Below, piece by piece: positions 41,763 to 54,070 of a stretch of 64,000 bases of DNA. This stretch comes from Lama guanicoe. Taxonomy: Eukaryota. Position 1 is the first letter of the stretch. Every line of letters starts with the position of its first letter. Under the pieces are notes generated by a model. That model was not told the DNA's origin. It saw only the letters and a program-made list of their open reading frames with translations, and searched no databases. Made by a program: the position numbers and the translations under genes. Location: positions 3,174,477 through 3,238,476 of the forward strand of contig MU056134.1 in NCBI GenBank assembly GCA_013239625.1. Direction: 5' to 3'.

Positions 41763-43109
41763 AGAGAACCAGGTCACAAGTGTCTGAGATGTTAGAGGGA
41801 GCCATTCACATCTCGTCTACTGTCCTGACAGAGCCAAAGATGACTCAGAATTTTCAGAAACCCAATAAAAGGTAAAGATGACTCTCAGTAAAGAGAAGTT
41901 ATTTTGACCCGGGAATCCACTGCCACGTCTATCATTTCAAAACCAGACTGGGTGGAAACAGGAGCTGAGCTGTCGGAGGACCTGGGTTTGGCACAGCTCT
42001 GCCACTGTCGACTTGCTGACAGACCAGCGGGCAAGCTGTTGAACCTCTCTGAGTGTCTATTTGCTCCAGTGCAAAATGGACATACCAGTTCCTGCCTTGC
42101 CTATATCTGCTGGAACCCATTCTTAAGAAAAAGGGAGGGGGGTTTGGTATAAGAAAAAAACTATTAAAAAAATTAACATTTGGGGAAACTGGCTGAAGAG
42201 TATCCATGAATTCTTTGTATTCTCACATTTTTTCTAAAAATGGGACATTATATCAAAAATTTAAAATTGTAATCTATTTAAAATTGGTAAGATATATACA
42301 TGACTAAAAATTCAAAGTTAAAGGTAAATAGTGAAAAGTAAGGCTTCCTCTCCCTCTGTCCTGCCCACCCCCTCAGTCTGCTCCCCAGAGGCGATGGCTC
42401 TGAGCCGTTTCTGTTGCACCTTCAAGGAGACTGTCTGGGTATTAAAAGCATGCCCTTCTGTATCAAAAGCACACTGTCCTTTTTTCACTTAATATAACCG
42501 GGAGGTGATTCCACATCAATCAATGTTGATTTTTGGTGGTACAGTAACCATTTCTTAAATTTAATACTCCTTAGACATGAAGGTTTTGCTTAAGCCGTAA
42601 CAATTTTTCTAAGAACTCAAAATATTTATGACTTCAGACTTCCAACTGCATGTAGTTCAAAAGAGCAAAAACCTGGGAACGACTTACCCTGGAGGGAGGT
42701 GATCACCTGTCCTCTTTGAGAATCACTCATCTAGTTTAGTTGTAATGTGGCTGTACAGTTTTAATTTTATCATTTAAAAATGTCTGAATGATTGAAAAGT
42801 ACTTCCTGATTCTAATGGCAATTCTTGCTGATTACAGAAAAGACATAAAAATCATCTGTACCCTCAGCTGAGTATAGTCACCATTAGCATTTTGGTATAC
42901 TGTCTTCTACAGTTCCTTCTACGCAAATATTTGGCTTAAAAAAATTAAACTGAGATGATAAGCAATTTGGCATCTTATTTTTTTCACTTAGTAACACAGA
43001 TCCAAGAGCATTTTGGAAGTCATTAAAGATTCTTTAGAAACAACTTCATATGATTCTTTTTTTCAAAGTTCTAATTATAATAGTTTCATATTAGTTTGGA
43101 TTTTTAATC

Positions 43110-43226
43110 TTTTTCTTTTGGGGGGAGGTAATTAGGTTTATTTATTTACTTTTAATTTTTTTAATGGAGGCACTGGGGATCGTTCCTAGGACTCTGTGAA
43201 TGCTAAGCACGCACTCTACCACTGAG
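43110..43226 (-). mobile_element. Vic-1-type SINE (head slightly truncated)
   Basis: gggggaggtaattaggtttattt...atgctaagcacgcactctaccactgag. Confidence 0.8.
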
Positions 43227-45994
43227 TGCGTATTAGTTTTCAGTAAGTGTCATCTAGATTCCCCTCATCAGAACTCTAATGAAAACATGACAAATGATCA
43301 TCTGCAGTTTTCTACTAGGAGACTAGAAAGGTTTTCTAGATCATTACCAAACCTGGCTACTCTTCAGAATCACCCAGGGAACTCTTAAATACAGAAACCT
43401 GTGTTCTTCCCACCTGGACCTGGTGAGTGAGAGACATCTGGGATCTGTTCCAATCCACACGCCTACCTCCGGATAACCCCAAACATGCAAGCAGATGCCA
43501 CTTAATAGAATGATATACACACCCTCCTCCTTAGAGTGACACTCAATTTATTCTTGATATACTGACATCTACTTTAAATATTTGAAACTCATAATTCACA
43601 AGTATTTACTGCATGTCCATGAGGTATATAGATGGGTTTGCCCAAGATCTAGCAATAGTTAAAAGAAACTGTAAATCATGCCACTACTTTCTCTTACCTT
43701 TGCATTAAGGTCCATGGAAATCTGGGTTGGAAAATGAACTGCTAAGTATAAATCTGGGATTGGGGACATAAAGGTAACCCTGTGTCACAAAATTTCTGAA
43801 TTACCTAAGAAATTTCACTGTATGTTACCACATACATGGCAGAGGAAGAGGTGAGAACCTGGTGGCTCCCTACTTATGTAATTTTCAAATCTAACCATTT
43901 GTTTGGTGAGTCAGCAGTCTTGATAGGTTGGGGTAAATGAAATATTTTCATGGCTAAAATTGCTATCTTTATACCAGTCGTTTCCAAATTTCTCTCTCTA
44001 GCTAATCCCTAGAATTCCTCTTTCACAGAAAATGATGAGCTCTAAAGCTTACCTGTGAAATCTCAAAAAGGACACACAGTAAGTACTATTTTTCCAACTT
44101 TATTTAAAGAATTAACATGTCCGCCAGAAAAAGTTGGGAAGGACATATGCCAAAATATTAACAATGATGGGGATTATGAGTTCCAGAATCAAATATCCTA
44201 CTTCGCATTTCTACCTGGATGACGCAGTTCAATAACTGAGCTGACACGCTCTTCTTCCTCACTCCTAGTATAGGGGAAAGGGGCCAGCACCCACCCAGTC
44301 TGCCAGGCTAGAAATCAAAGTTCAAAATCCTTCATTTGTCCTATAATGTGCAACTTAAATACCACCTCCGGGAAGCTTTTGGGGATCCCTCAGACTATTT
44401 GACTTCACGGTATTTAGCATGATTTGTGGCAGTGCTATCACATTCAAGGTGAGTACTCTCTCTCTGTGTCTCATTATTCTCATAAAAAAATAAGCATGAT
44501 AATAAAGTGGAGAATGCTTGGTGGCAGGGGGTGGGGGGGGCTGCTGCCTAACATTTACTAAATGTTAACTATTACTATAGTTGTAGCAGTTAGGAATTCT
44601 TTTAAGAGCAAGTAACATGTCATAGTAATTATACAAACAAGTCACTGTAACTCCATAATCATTTCCTCATAATCTGTTAACGGTGTGATTATTAACTAAG
44701 AAGCTGGCCTGGAAGTTCTCTGTAGGACCTCGCTGCCTTGTTTACCCCTCTAGCCCTGAACTTCCTACAGAGATAGGCAGAGGAGGTGTTTGTGTTGAGT
44801 AAACGAGTGAATTTTAGATTCTTTGTCCCTTCCAGCATCGAATCCCATGACTTCCATCTCCTACGCAGCCCTCAGATCTTGCTCTCTCCATCCCAGTTCC
44901 CCGGGGCTCCTGTCGTCCCTTTTAAGTGGTCTCCTAACTGCTCTTCCTGCCCTCATTTCTGCCTCCCCCAGCTCCTCATCCACACTGCTGACAGATGGCA
45001 TTTAAAAATCTGATCCAGTCACTACCATGCTGAGAGTCCTTCCAGGAACACTCCGAGCAGCAGTCTCCAGAGAAGGGGTGTGCATCCCTCACAGTGAGAA
45101 GAGAAAATTTGAAAACCTCTATATGTATTCTTCACTTAGAGAGCAAACACGCCTAACACCTGATCTATATGAGACTGGTACTAGGATTATGTACCTAATA
45201 CATTGGACAGGGAGTGGGGGTGGATATGGGCTTAAACTTTAGCTCAGTGAAAATGAGTCCTGTGGAAAACAGATCACTGAGAGGCAGGTGGTCTCCAAAC
45301 ACTGGAGACCCCGGGCCCAGAGGACACAGCACCTTCAGGACCCTTGCTCTGCCAAGCCCTTTGGCCGCATCTCTGGTGAGGCTATGCTTCCTGTGCACAC
45401 CCTGTGTTTCCCATCTCTGGGCCTTGGCCTTGTGTTGAGAATAACCTCCTTTCCCCTGTCATCCTGGAAGACTGACCGAGCAGGTCACTCTGCCTCAAAC
45501 AGCATTCTGGAAGATGCCACATGCCCAGTTCCTTCACAGCACCAGGCCTCAGCTTAAAGGTGAGCACTGCAGGGAGAACTTCCCTGCCAACCAACTAAGG
45601 GAACCCCAGGGAACCCCCTCCCACCCCCTGCCATTGTGCTCCGTGACTGCACCTGCTTTTTATCACAGTATCAACCATACAACTCTGCGTTTATTTACTT
45701 GTTGATTTGCTTATTGTCTTCTTCCCCATACCAGACTCCACGAGACCTGGACCTTGCCGGTCACACTTACCACTGCTCCCCAGTTTCATAAGCAGTGCCT
45801 GGCACGTGGTGGACACTGAATAAATAATTGCTGAGTTTGATTAAGTGAATAAATCCTTGAAGATCTGGCAGAAAGGCTGCCTCTTCTCAGAGGTTTTAAT
45901 TCTTCCAGGGAAGAACTGTTGTTTTGTATCTCTCTGAACCATTACTTACCTCTTGTACAGCATTCACCACTGCCTCTCCCAACTTAATCACATA

Positions 45995-46312
45995 TAGGCA
46001 GACCTTGGAGATACTGTGGGTTCAGTTCCAGACCATCATAATAAAACACAGAACAAGTCACATGAATTGTTTGGTTTCCCAGCACATATAAAAGTGACAT
46101 TTACACTATACTGTGGTCTGTTAAATGTGCAATAGCATTAGGTCTCAAAAAACAATGCATATACCTTAATTGAAAAATACTTCATTGCTAGGAAAAAAAA
46201 AAACCTAACCATCATTCAGCAAAACAGGGTTGCCAAAAACTTCAATTTATTTTAAAAACGCGTTATCCGTAAAGGATGACAAAGTGAAGCACAATAAATC
46301 GAGGTGTGTCTG
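45995..46312. mobile_element. Tigger1-derived non-autonomous element
   Basis: Terminal inverted repeats taggcagacct... / ...gaggtgtgtctg (consensus CAGGCATACCTCG); TA on the left flank. Confidence 0.8.
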
Positions 46313-46872
46313 AATACTTAAGGCACATGGACTGGGTCTTAGTCATCTCTGTATCCCCGGCGCTCAGCACAGTGACTGACAACATGTGACAGGTGCCCAC
46401 TGAACTTTTCCTGAATTAATGAAAAACCAAGAAGAACTCTAGCTGATCCTCTCCCAACCCTGCTGCTTCTAATTCTACTTCTCACCTAAACACCCAAAAA
46501 ACATACGGGAGAAGAACACTATAGGCAATTCACCCAGCAAAACAAAATGTCAAGTCTGAAATGTACATCTTGAAACAGTAGTAAAAGTAGCTTTCTAACT
46601 CCAGGTTTATCCTGCCCACCTCACTCCCATTTCCCCCTATTACATTAAAAAAATCCTTTCTTCTTCCTGATTTACTACAGAAAATCTGGGGGAGACTCTT
46701 TCAACCTGAGGGTTTAATTTCTAATAATATGCTCAATATACAAAGAATTCCACACAAACACAACAGCAGTATTCAGTATTCGCTAACTCCTCCCAGCCCA
46801 ACTGGTTACAGTGGAGTCTGATTTGAATTTAACTCTCATTTGTTTATCGAGGCCCCTCAGATTATGTAGAAT

Positions 46873-47778
46873 TGAAAGGGAGAAGGACCCTGTGCCCCTC
46901 CCACCTGCCTCTTGTTTATAGAAAAGCTGAAGTCTTCCAGGCCTCCCTGAGTCATAGAAGAGCAGGCTCAAGCAGTTGATGGGGACAAGCCTGCAGGCAT
47001 TGGGGATGGCAATGACTCTGACCACCTATCTCAATGATTAACTGAGATTATGCCTTCATTTCCCTTTACAACTTTCATGACCAAACAGAATCTTTGGAGA
47101 TGGGTTTTTTGGGAGGATGCTGGGTCCACTTGATTGCAGACATTCTGATTAAAAGCAACTTTCCTTTTTGTTACCAGGACTACTGGCCCTAGGATCATAC
47201 CCCTGCCCCTCCCTCAAATAGAAACCAATTACTCTTAACTAAGTCTCAGGAGACAGCTGCAGAGAAGAAACAAGAACTAGTTAGAATCCAATCCAAGATG
47301 GTGAAGGATCTGACTTCCAGTGGAACTTGAGTCTCATTATATACTCACTGTAATGTATTAGCATGCTAAATGACACACCCACCAGCGCTATGACAGTTGG
47401 CAATTCCCATGACAACAACTGGAAAAGTTCATACAAGGACAGAAAAACTCGGCCAAGGACTGACTGGCTCCACTACACCCGGAAGGAGGACTGGATGGTG
47501 GAAGCCTCTTATAAAAGTCCACGTGGCCCGACCTGGGCAGGAGCTGTCCCTACCGCCTACCTTGGCTGATGGCTCCTCACCTGAGTCACCTCTTCCTTGT
47601 GCAACTGCTTTTCTTCCCTTCTCCCTGCTCCAGCACTTTCCTTCCACTTCCCTTTCTGAGCAAAAAAGCGGCTGTTCACTTCGGCCCTCTATCTCTGCTG
47701 TGCAAATTCTTTCACAGCCACCAGTAAGAACATATACTTTGGTGGGCCCTAACTTAGGGGTTCCTCCATCTGCTAACA
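46873..47778 (+). mobile_element. ERV LTR sequence, probably two fused LTRs (46873-47168 and 47169-47778)
   Basis: TG start; second unit bounded by TGTTA...TAACA; ERV1-type motif tgacacacccaccagcgctatgacagtt; TATAAAA at 47510. Confidence 0.7.
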
Positions 47779-47823
47779 GTATAAACACACCAATCATTAA
47801 TACTCAGGATGAGCCAGAAGTCA

Positions 47824-47949
<126 letters not shown>

Positions 47950-48651
47950 TTAAACATATCTGTCATCTTTCTGTCTTGCTTTCTGTATCTTTTCTTTCCT
48001 CCCTATTGGTTGGCAAGTTCTTTGAAGGCAAAAACTGTATCTTTTTTTTTCCTTTTATAAGGCTTAATACACAACAGATGCTCAATAAATATCTGGGGAA
48101 TCTTTCATTTACACCAACATCTGTCATTTTAACCTTGTGGTGAAACTAACAGAATGCACAACAGTGAAAAGTTCCAGATAGCCACGAAACCCCAAGGACA
48201 AGGTAAAAATAAGTAGGCACCATGGGCTGTTAGATTAAACTAGCTGATGACATGGTTGTACTAAGGGAGTCTTGATAACAGACTTATGCACCATGTCTCA
48301 GTGACGTCTCAGAAGAATTCACTATGCACTGAAGTTATTTTCACACTTCACACAGTGTCAGGAAATGGAGAGCTGGCATTCAGGAACTGTCCACCTCTTT
48401 CAGCTCGTGGAGGAGCTCAAAGCTGTGCTGCAGCTCACTCCCCCAACGACATACAGCTCTCCACCTTCTGAGGAACAGAGACAGTTTCTTTCAACCTGAA
48501 GAACACGTACCAAGGTGGACTGTAAAAGCAGTCACGTGATTCCCTGGGTACTAGATTTCACCAGCTCAAGACAGTTATTCTGGGAAGCAAATTCTTTTCT
48601 GATGTCTGCTTAAGTCAAACCTATGTTAGAATTCAATTAAAGAAACAGCAA

Positions 48652-48834
48652 GGGGGGAGGGTATAGCTCAAGTGGTAGAGCACGTGCTTAGCATGAACAA
48701 GGTGCTGGGTTCAATCCCCAGTACCTCCTCTAAAAATAAATAAATAAACCTTATTACCTCCCCCCACCCCAAACAAGAAATAAGTGAGACACATCCATGT
48801 GTGGCTGTTTGTAATAAAAACAACTTTAAAAAAA
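48652..48834 (+). mobile_element. Vic-1-type SINE with extended 3' tail
   Basis: ggggggagggtatagctcaagtggtagagc...gggttcaatcccc; perfect TSD aaagaaacagcaa at 48639-48651 and 48835-48847. Confidence 0.9.
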
Positions 48835-49896
48835 AAAGAAACAGCAAAAATGTACTCTTATAAAAGCATTGTCAAACAACTGCTGACTCAGTTATTTGTT
48901 TCTTCTATAGTTCCAAAGAGCAAATGAAATGTATGCCTTTTTCATACAGATAGAGGTGGATGGGGAGGAGTGTGGCCTGAACACCAAAACCTCTGCCCAG
49001 TGGTCTGGCTTAAGATGTGCCTAATGTGCTTTGTCTAAGTAATCCAACCATTCCCAGAAAAACACACATCCAAAAATCTATAAATGGAACAATACAAATA
49101 AATTTACTTAGTTCAGTGGCAGGCCGTTAGTGAGTATTAATGATCAATAAATATTAACTATTAGTAACAGAAGTAGTGAAGTTTTACTTCGGAAAACTTC
49201 CCAGCCATCATTAGATGTATCGATAGCCCTCCTTTTTTTTAAAATCCCCTATGCCAACTACTTTAAGGGAGATTTTTCTCCCTTTGTCAGGAGCAATACC
49301 CTGCACAAGGGTCTAAATCACTATTTCTGACATCATCACTCTTAAAAACTCAATAAACTTGAAAAGAGAATTTAGTTAACTGAAGCATTCTTGCAGGGAA
49401 GACAGGCCACCTGGGAATATTCTTCAACCTAATCCAATCTAATCAACAGCAGGAATCCTCAACCACTTAAGTATGGTAAAGGAGTCCTTTCTTTCTTTTC
49501 TTTTTTTAACTTTTCCCCTCTCCTTTGGGATACGCTTCAGATACAGGTTACCCCCGCCTCTTAATTCCGAGTCACTCACAAGGGTCTAGACAGAGAATCC
49601 GGGGCAGCGGGACAGCAGCCTGATAAATGAATGAACAGCCCCTATCCCCCAAAACCTGAGGTCCCTTCTTCTAGGTGCATCCTTTCAACGGGCAGAGCTC
49701 CTTTGCCCAAACCCACCGAGCTGCCCTACCCTCCAAAGACAACCAAGGCCTAGGAAGGATTCTCCTCCTCCTGCAGATTCAGAAACCCCTTCCCTCCACC
49801 ACCTCCCCGAAACCTTTCCTTTGCCTTCTACGCCTAGCTCCCACGTCCCCATCCAAAGACAGCTTCCTCCGTGTCCCACCCCAGGTCCCACCTTCA

Positions 49897-50082
<186 letters not shown>

Positions 50083-50159
50083 CTACGACCACCCACTCCC
50101 CAGAACGGCAACGGCTCAGCATCTGCGTTCAGGCGAGCCCCGGCTGTGTGAGCCAGACG

Positions 50160-50206
50160 GGCACTTCCGGGAAACCAGGCACTTCCGGGGTCCGGGGCAC
50201 TCTGGG
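50160..50206 (-). promoter_or_regulatory. Tandem ETS/GABP sites (CCGGAAGTG x2) with an overlapping STAT GAS site
   Basis: ACTTCCGG at 50163-50170 and 50181-50188; TTCCGGGAA at 50165-50173. Confidence 0.7.
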
Positions 50207-51484
50207 ATAGCGGCGGACTGACCTCTTGTCGCCCGGAGGACGCATTCCTGTCACCTCCCAGGAGCCTTCTCGGGCAGCCCTGTAGTCCGGCGGCCCCCGC
50301 CGGCGCTCAGCTCTCCTTAAGATAGTGGGGACCCTCTTCACCTCGCCGAAGGCGCGCCCCCTACTCGGGCCCTGGCGCTGAGGAGGGCTCGGCCGCCGGG
50401 TCAGGACCACCTCCTCCTCCCCCCAGAGAGGGTAAGCCCCGGCAGCGTCGCAATCAACGACAGCAACCCTCACGGGCCGCGAAGCTGACGATCCTTCTAT
50501 TCCCGGGGTCCCCTTGCCCAGTGGCAGTAGGTGCCCCCCGGCCATCGGGGGAGAAATGACCCCAGCTGGTAAGTGGCGATGTTGCCAAGGACCGTTTGTA
50601 GAATGGGACAGCGTCCACTTGACAGAGTTAAGTTACCCGAGTGCCAAGCCTCCAGGCAGTTTTCTGTGGGTGTCTGCAGCTTCCTCCTTGGGGGGGTGGG
50701 GGGGGAAGAGTCAGATTAGGCAGTGCCCCGCCGCTGGGGAAGTGCTGACTTTCTGAGACTGAATATCTGGAGTGGAAGTCCCATTCCACGACTGATGAGC
50801 TATGTGATCTTGAACAAATTACTCCATTGGCCCTACTTACCCTGCAAGGATGTGGCGAGTGTTAAGTATTAAAAGCGCCATGCAAATTTAAGCTAGTAAT
50901 ACAGGTAATATGAGGGTGTCTAGCCCTTATGCACCACAAATTAAAAAGAGGCCAAGTCACCCTGTGGAACTACTTTTCCTCTAGACGCTTAAAACAATGA
51001 GATAATTGCAGCCGAAGGAAGTTGTTTTACCAGTTAAACATTGTGAAGCTCCATGATGGAAAAATTCCTGGCCCCAATGAGCTTTTTTTAAAAAAATCAT
51101 AATTGTAGTAAAGAAAAGATGGAAGCAATACAATAAAGGAAGGTTGAAAAATATAAATTGGCTATACAGGAGAATATTATTGACTCAAAAATCATGGTTT
51201 TGAAAATTATTTCATGACATGGAAAATGTGCATAATATATTTCAGAAAGCAAAAATGTGCAGCATGGTCCCAGTTTGTGTGTGTATGTGTCTTTTGTGCC
51301 TATAAAAATGACAGCAAGGAAATATTACTTTTCTGCAGGTGATGGAATGTATTTTTTACACATTTTCCCAAAATGTCTACGAGCCAGTAGCACTTTTATA
51401 ATAAAAAATGTAAATGCCTTTTTTTTTAGAGGAAAAGGTAATTATATTCATCTGTCTTGGATGTTTTTCATTCTCTACAGTAAG

Positions 51485-51833
51485 AAATAATTTATACACA
51501 GTAAAATTCACCCACTTAGTTTCTAATGCCATAAGTTTTAGTAAATGCATATAGTCATGTCACCACCATCACAATCAAGTCCTAAGAAAGTTCCATCATC
51601 CCCCTAAGTTCTCTCAAGCCCCACCCCATCTCCTGGCAACTAGTGACCAGATTACTGTCCCTATAGTTTGTCCTCTCCAGAAAGTGATATAATGGAGTCA
51701 TAAAACATGTCACCTTTCGAGTCTGGCTTCTTTCACTTAACATAATGCATTTGCATTTCATCCAGGTTGCATGTATCAGTAGTTTATTTCTTCTTGCTGA
51801 GTAGTATTCCACTATCTATACCAGTTTGTTAAT
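51485..51833 (-). mobile_element. L1MB-like 3' end
   Basis: gtctggcttctttcacttaacataatg...gctgagtagtattccact. Confidence 0.8.
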
Positions 51834-52083
51834 NNNNNNNNNNNNNNNNNNNNNNNNNNNNNNNNNNNNNNNNNNNNNNNNNNNNNNNNNNNNNNNNNNN
51901 NNNNNNNNNNNNNNNNNNNNNNNNNNNNNNNNNNNNNNNNNNNNNNNNNNNNNNNNNNNNNNNNNNNNNNNNNNNNNNNNNNNNNNNNNNNNNNNNNNNN
52001 NNNNNNNNNNNNNNNNNNNNNNNNNNNNNNNNNNNNNNNNNNNNNNNNNNNNNNNNNNNNNNNNNNNNNNNNNNNNNNNNNNN
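51834..52083. other. Assembly gap (250 N)
   Basis: Run of N. Confidence 1.
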
Positions 52084-52262
52084 ACTCACATTTCCTAGCC
52101 CTTACCATATGCCAGGCACCAGGCTAAGTATATACGTTGTCTCTATTAATCCACGTGGCAATTCTGAGGTTGTTAATTAAACACATTTAACAGATGAGAA
52201 AATGGAGATGTAGTTAAAAACTAACAAAAACGTGCCCAAGGTCCCATAACCAACTGCCACTT

Positions 52263-52790
52263 ATTCACTCATTCAACAAATTTACTGAATTTATTGAATG
52301 AATGAATGAATGAATGATTGTTCTTGCTGGCAACAGGGACTAGGCCAGGTGCTAGGAATTTAGCAATCAACAAAATAGACCAAGTGCCTGCCTCCACAGA
52401 GCTATTTCGGGTATGAAAAGGGTATTCATACAAATAAACAAAGAATTGTGACAGGTCTAATGAAAGACAAGTAAACCATACGTTGAAAGACTATATTGAT
52501 AGGATGCTCTTATTGGATTTGGAGGTCAGGAAAGGCTTCTCTGAGGAACTGATTTTTAAGCTGAAGCAAAGGGTGGGGATGTGGATAGGAGATGACAGAC
52601 AAAAGGAACAGTATAAGCAAAAGCCACAAAGATGGAAGAAATTGGCCAAGGTGATGGCACTTTGAAAGCCCAGGGGATAATGGAATAAGAAGAGGCCAAA
52701 GAAATAGGTAGTGCCAAATGGTGGAGGCTCTTGAAGGTCATGTTTAGGAATGGAAAGGCTTTGAAAGCCCATAAGCAAAGGAGTGATAGG
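52263..52790 (-). mobile_element. L2 3' end with (TGAA)n
   Basis: cattcaacaaattt, ggtcaggaaaggcttctctgaggaa. Confidence 0.65.
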
Positions 52791-53909
52791 TCCAGGTTCC
52801 CCACGGCTGTCCTCAGTCCTAGTGCCCTCATTTTTGTTTTCTCTGCTTCTGAGCCACCCACACACTGTCATGGAGAGTCATGAAACCAGGGCAACCATCT
52901 CCAGTACAGATTCATGCTGTCCAATTTCTACCGGTTGTCCTCTTACAAATCTGTTGTCAACTCTTCAGTGGCATTCCACCTGAGACCCAAACCTTTCCCT
53001 ACTCTGAAGCCCCACCATTATTTCCCTTTTCCCTCTTTGCAGATAAGATATTAATAATAAATATAAATTTGGATTTAAGAGAGCTACACAGTACAAAAGT
53101 GTAAGAAGATAAAAGAGCAGATATGAGTGGACATTAGGTGAAAAAAACTGCATCGAGATAAGTAATAACCGGATCGACTGTTTATTATAAGCAAAAGACA
53201 GAAATACTTTTAATAGAAGGAGGAAGCCTGAAAAGACAGATTATACACCTTTAAGATAAATAAAATATGGAAGTTTTACAGATAGGAGAAATTTGGGTAT
53301 GAAAATCAGAGCATGTGGTATTCACAAATGAGCTGGGCTTTTAATTTTTTTAAACAAAACAATTTCCTGTTATGGAATAGGGTGCGGATGATGACAACCT
53401 TGGAGACCCCACCCTTTAATCCTCTAATAGGCAGTGGGAAAAGGATGTCTGAAGTACTGCAACAGTCTGTAGGGGAGTTTTGGGGGTGCATCTGTGAGGC
53501 CGGAATCTGAATAAAATGGAAAAATAACAGTGACCCTCCAAAGAAGGGATTTTCATAACGTTTCTCTTTTGTGCCAAGAAATTGTAAGCATATATAGGCT
53601 GGAAATAATAAGTAATTTTAAAAGAGACTTTGTTAATGAAATCCAGTGAGATCTCTAAATTTCATGTACCTCTGTCAATTAACCCTTTCTTTCTAGCTCT
53701 GTTCAAAGGAGTCTCCAATATCCTACTGTATTTGCAACTGGTTTCATTGTTTTTGAAGTAACTGTACTATAATAAATTGAGTAGACATTATGCAGAGTAT
53801 GTTATTTTATAAGATCAAAATAGTGTGTTTATTCCATTTAATAGGGATCTCTGTAAGGACCTTCTCCTGAGCAGCTGGGCTTTTTGTGAAACTTCTTGTA
53901 GAAAAAAAA

Positions 53910-54070
53910 AAAACTGCAGAATATCTGAATTACCTGATCTTTACCCACTAAATGCCAGTAATATGGCCCCTCCCCCCAACATTGTGATAACCAAGAATCC
54001 CCGCTACGAATTCCCACAATGCCCCTTAGGAACCTCAAACACCATCACACTTGGACCCTGTTGTCACTAT
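53910..54070. mobile_element. MER20-like hAT fragment
   Basis: tacccactaaatgccagta...ttgtgataaccaagaa. Confidence 0.5.
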
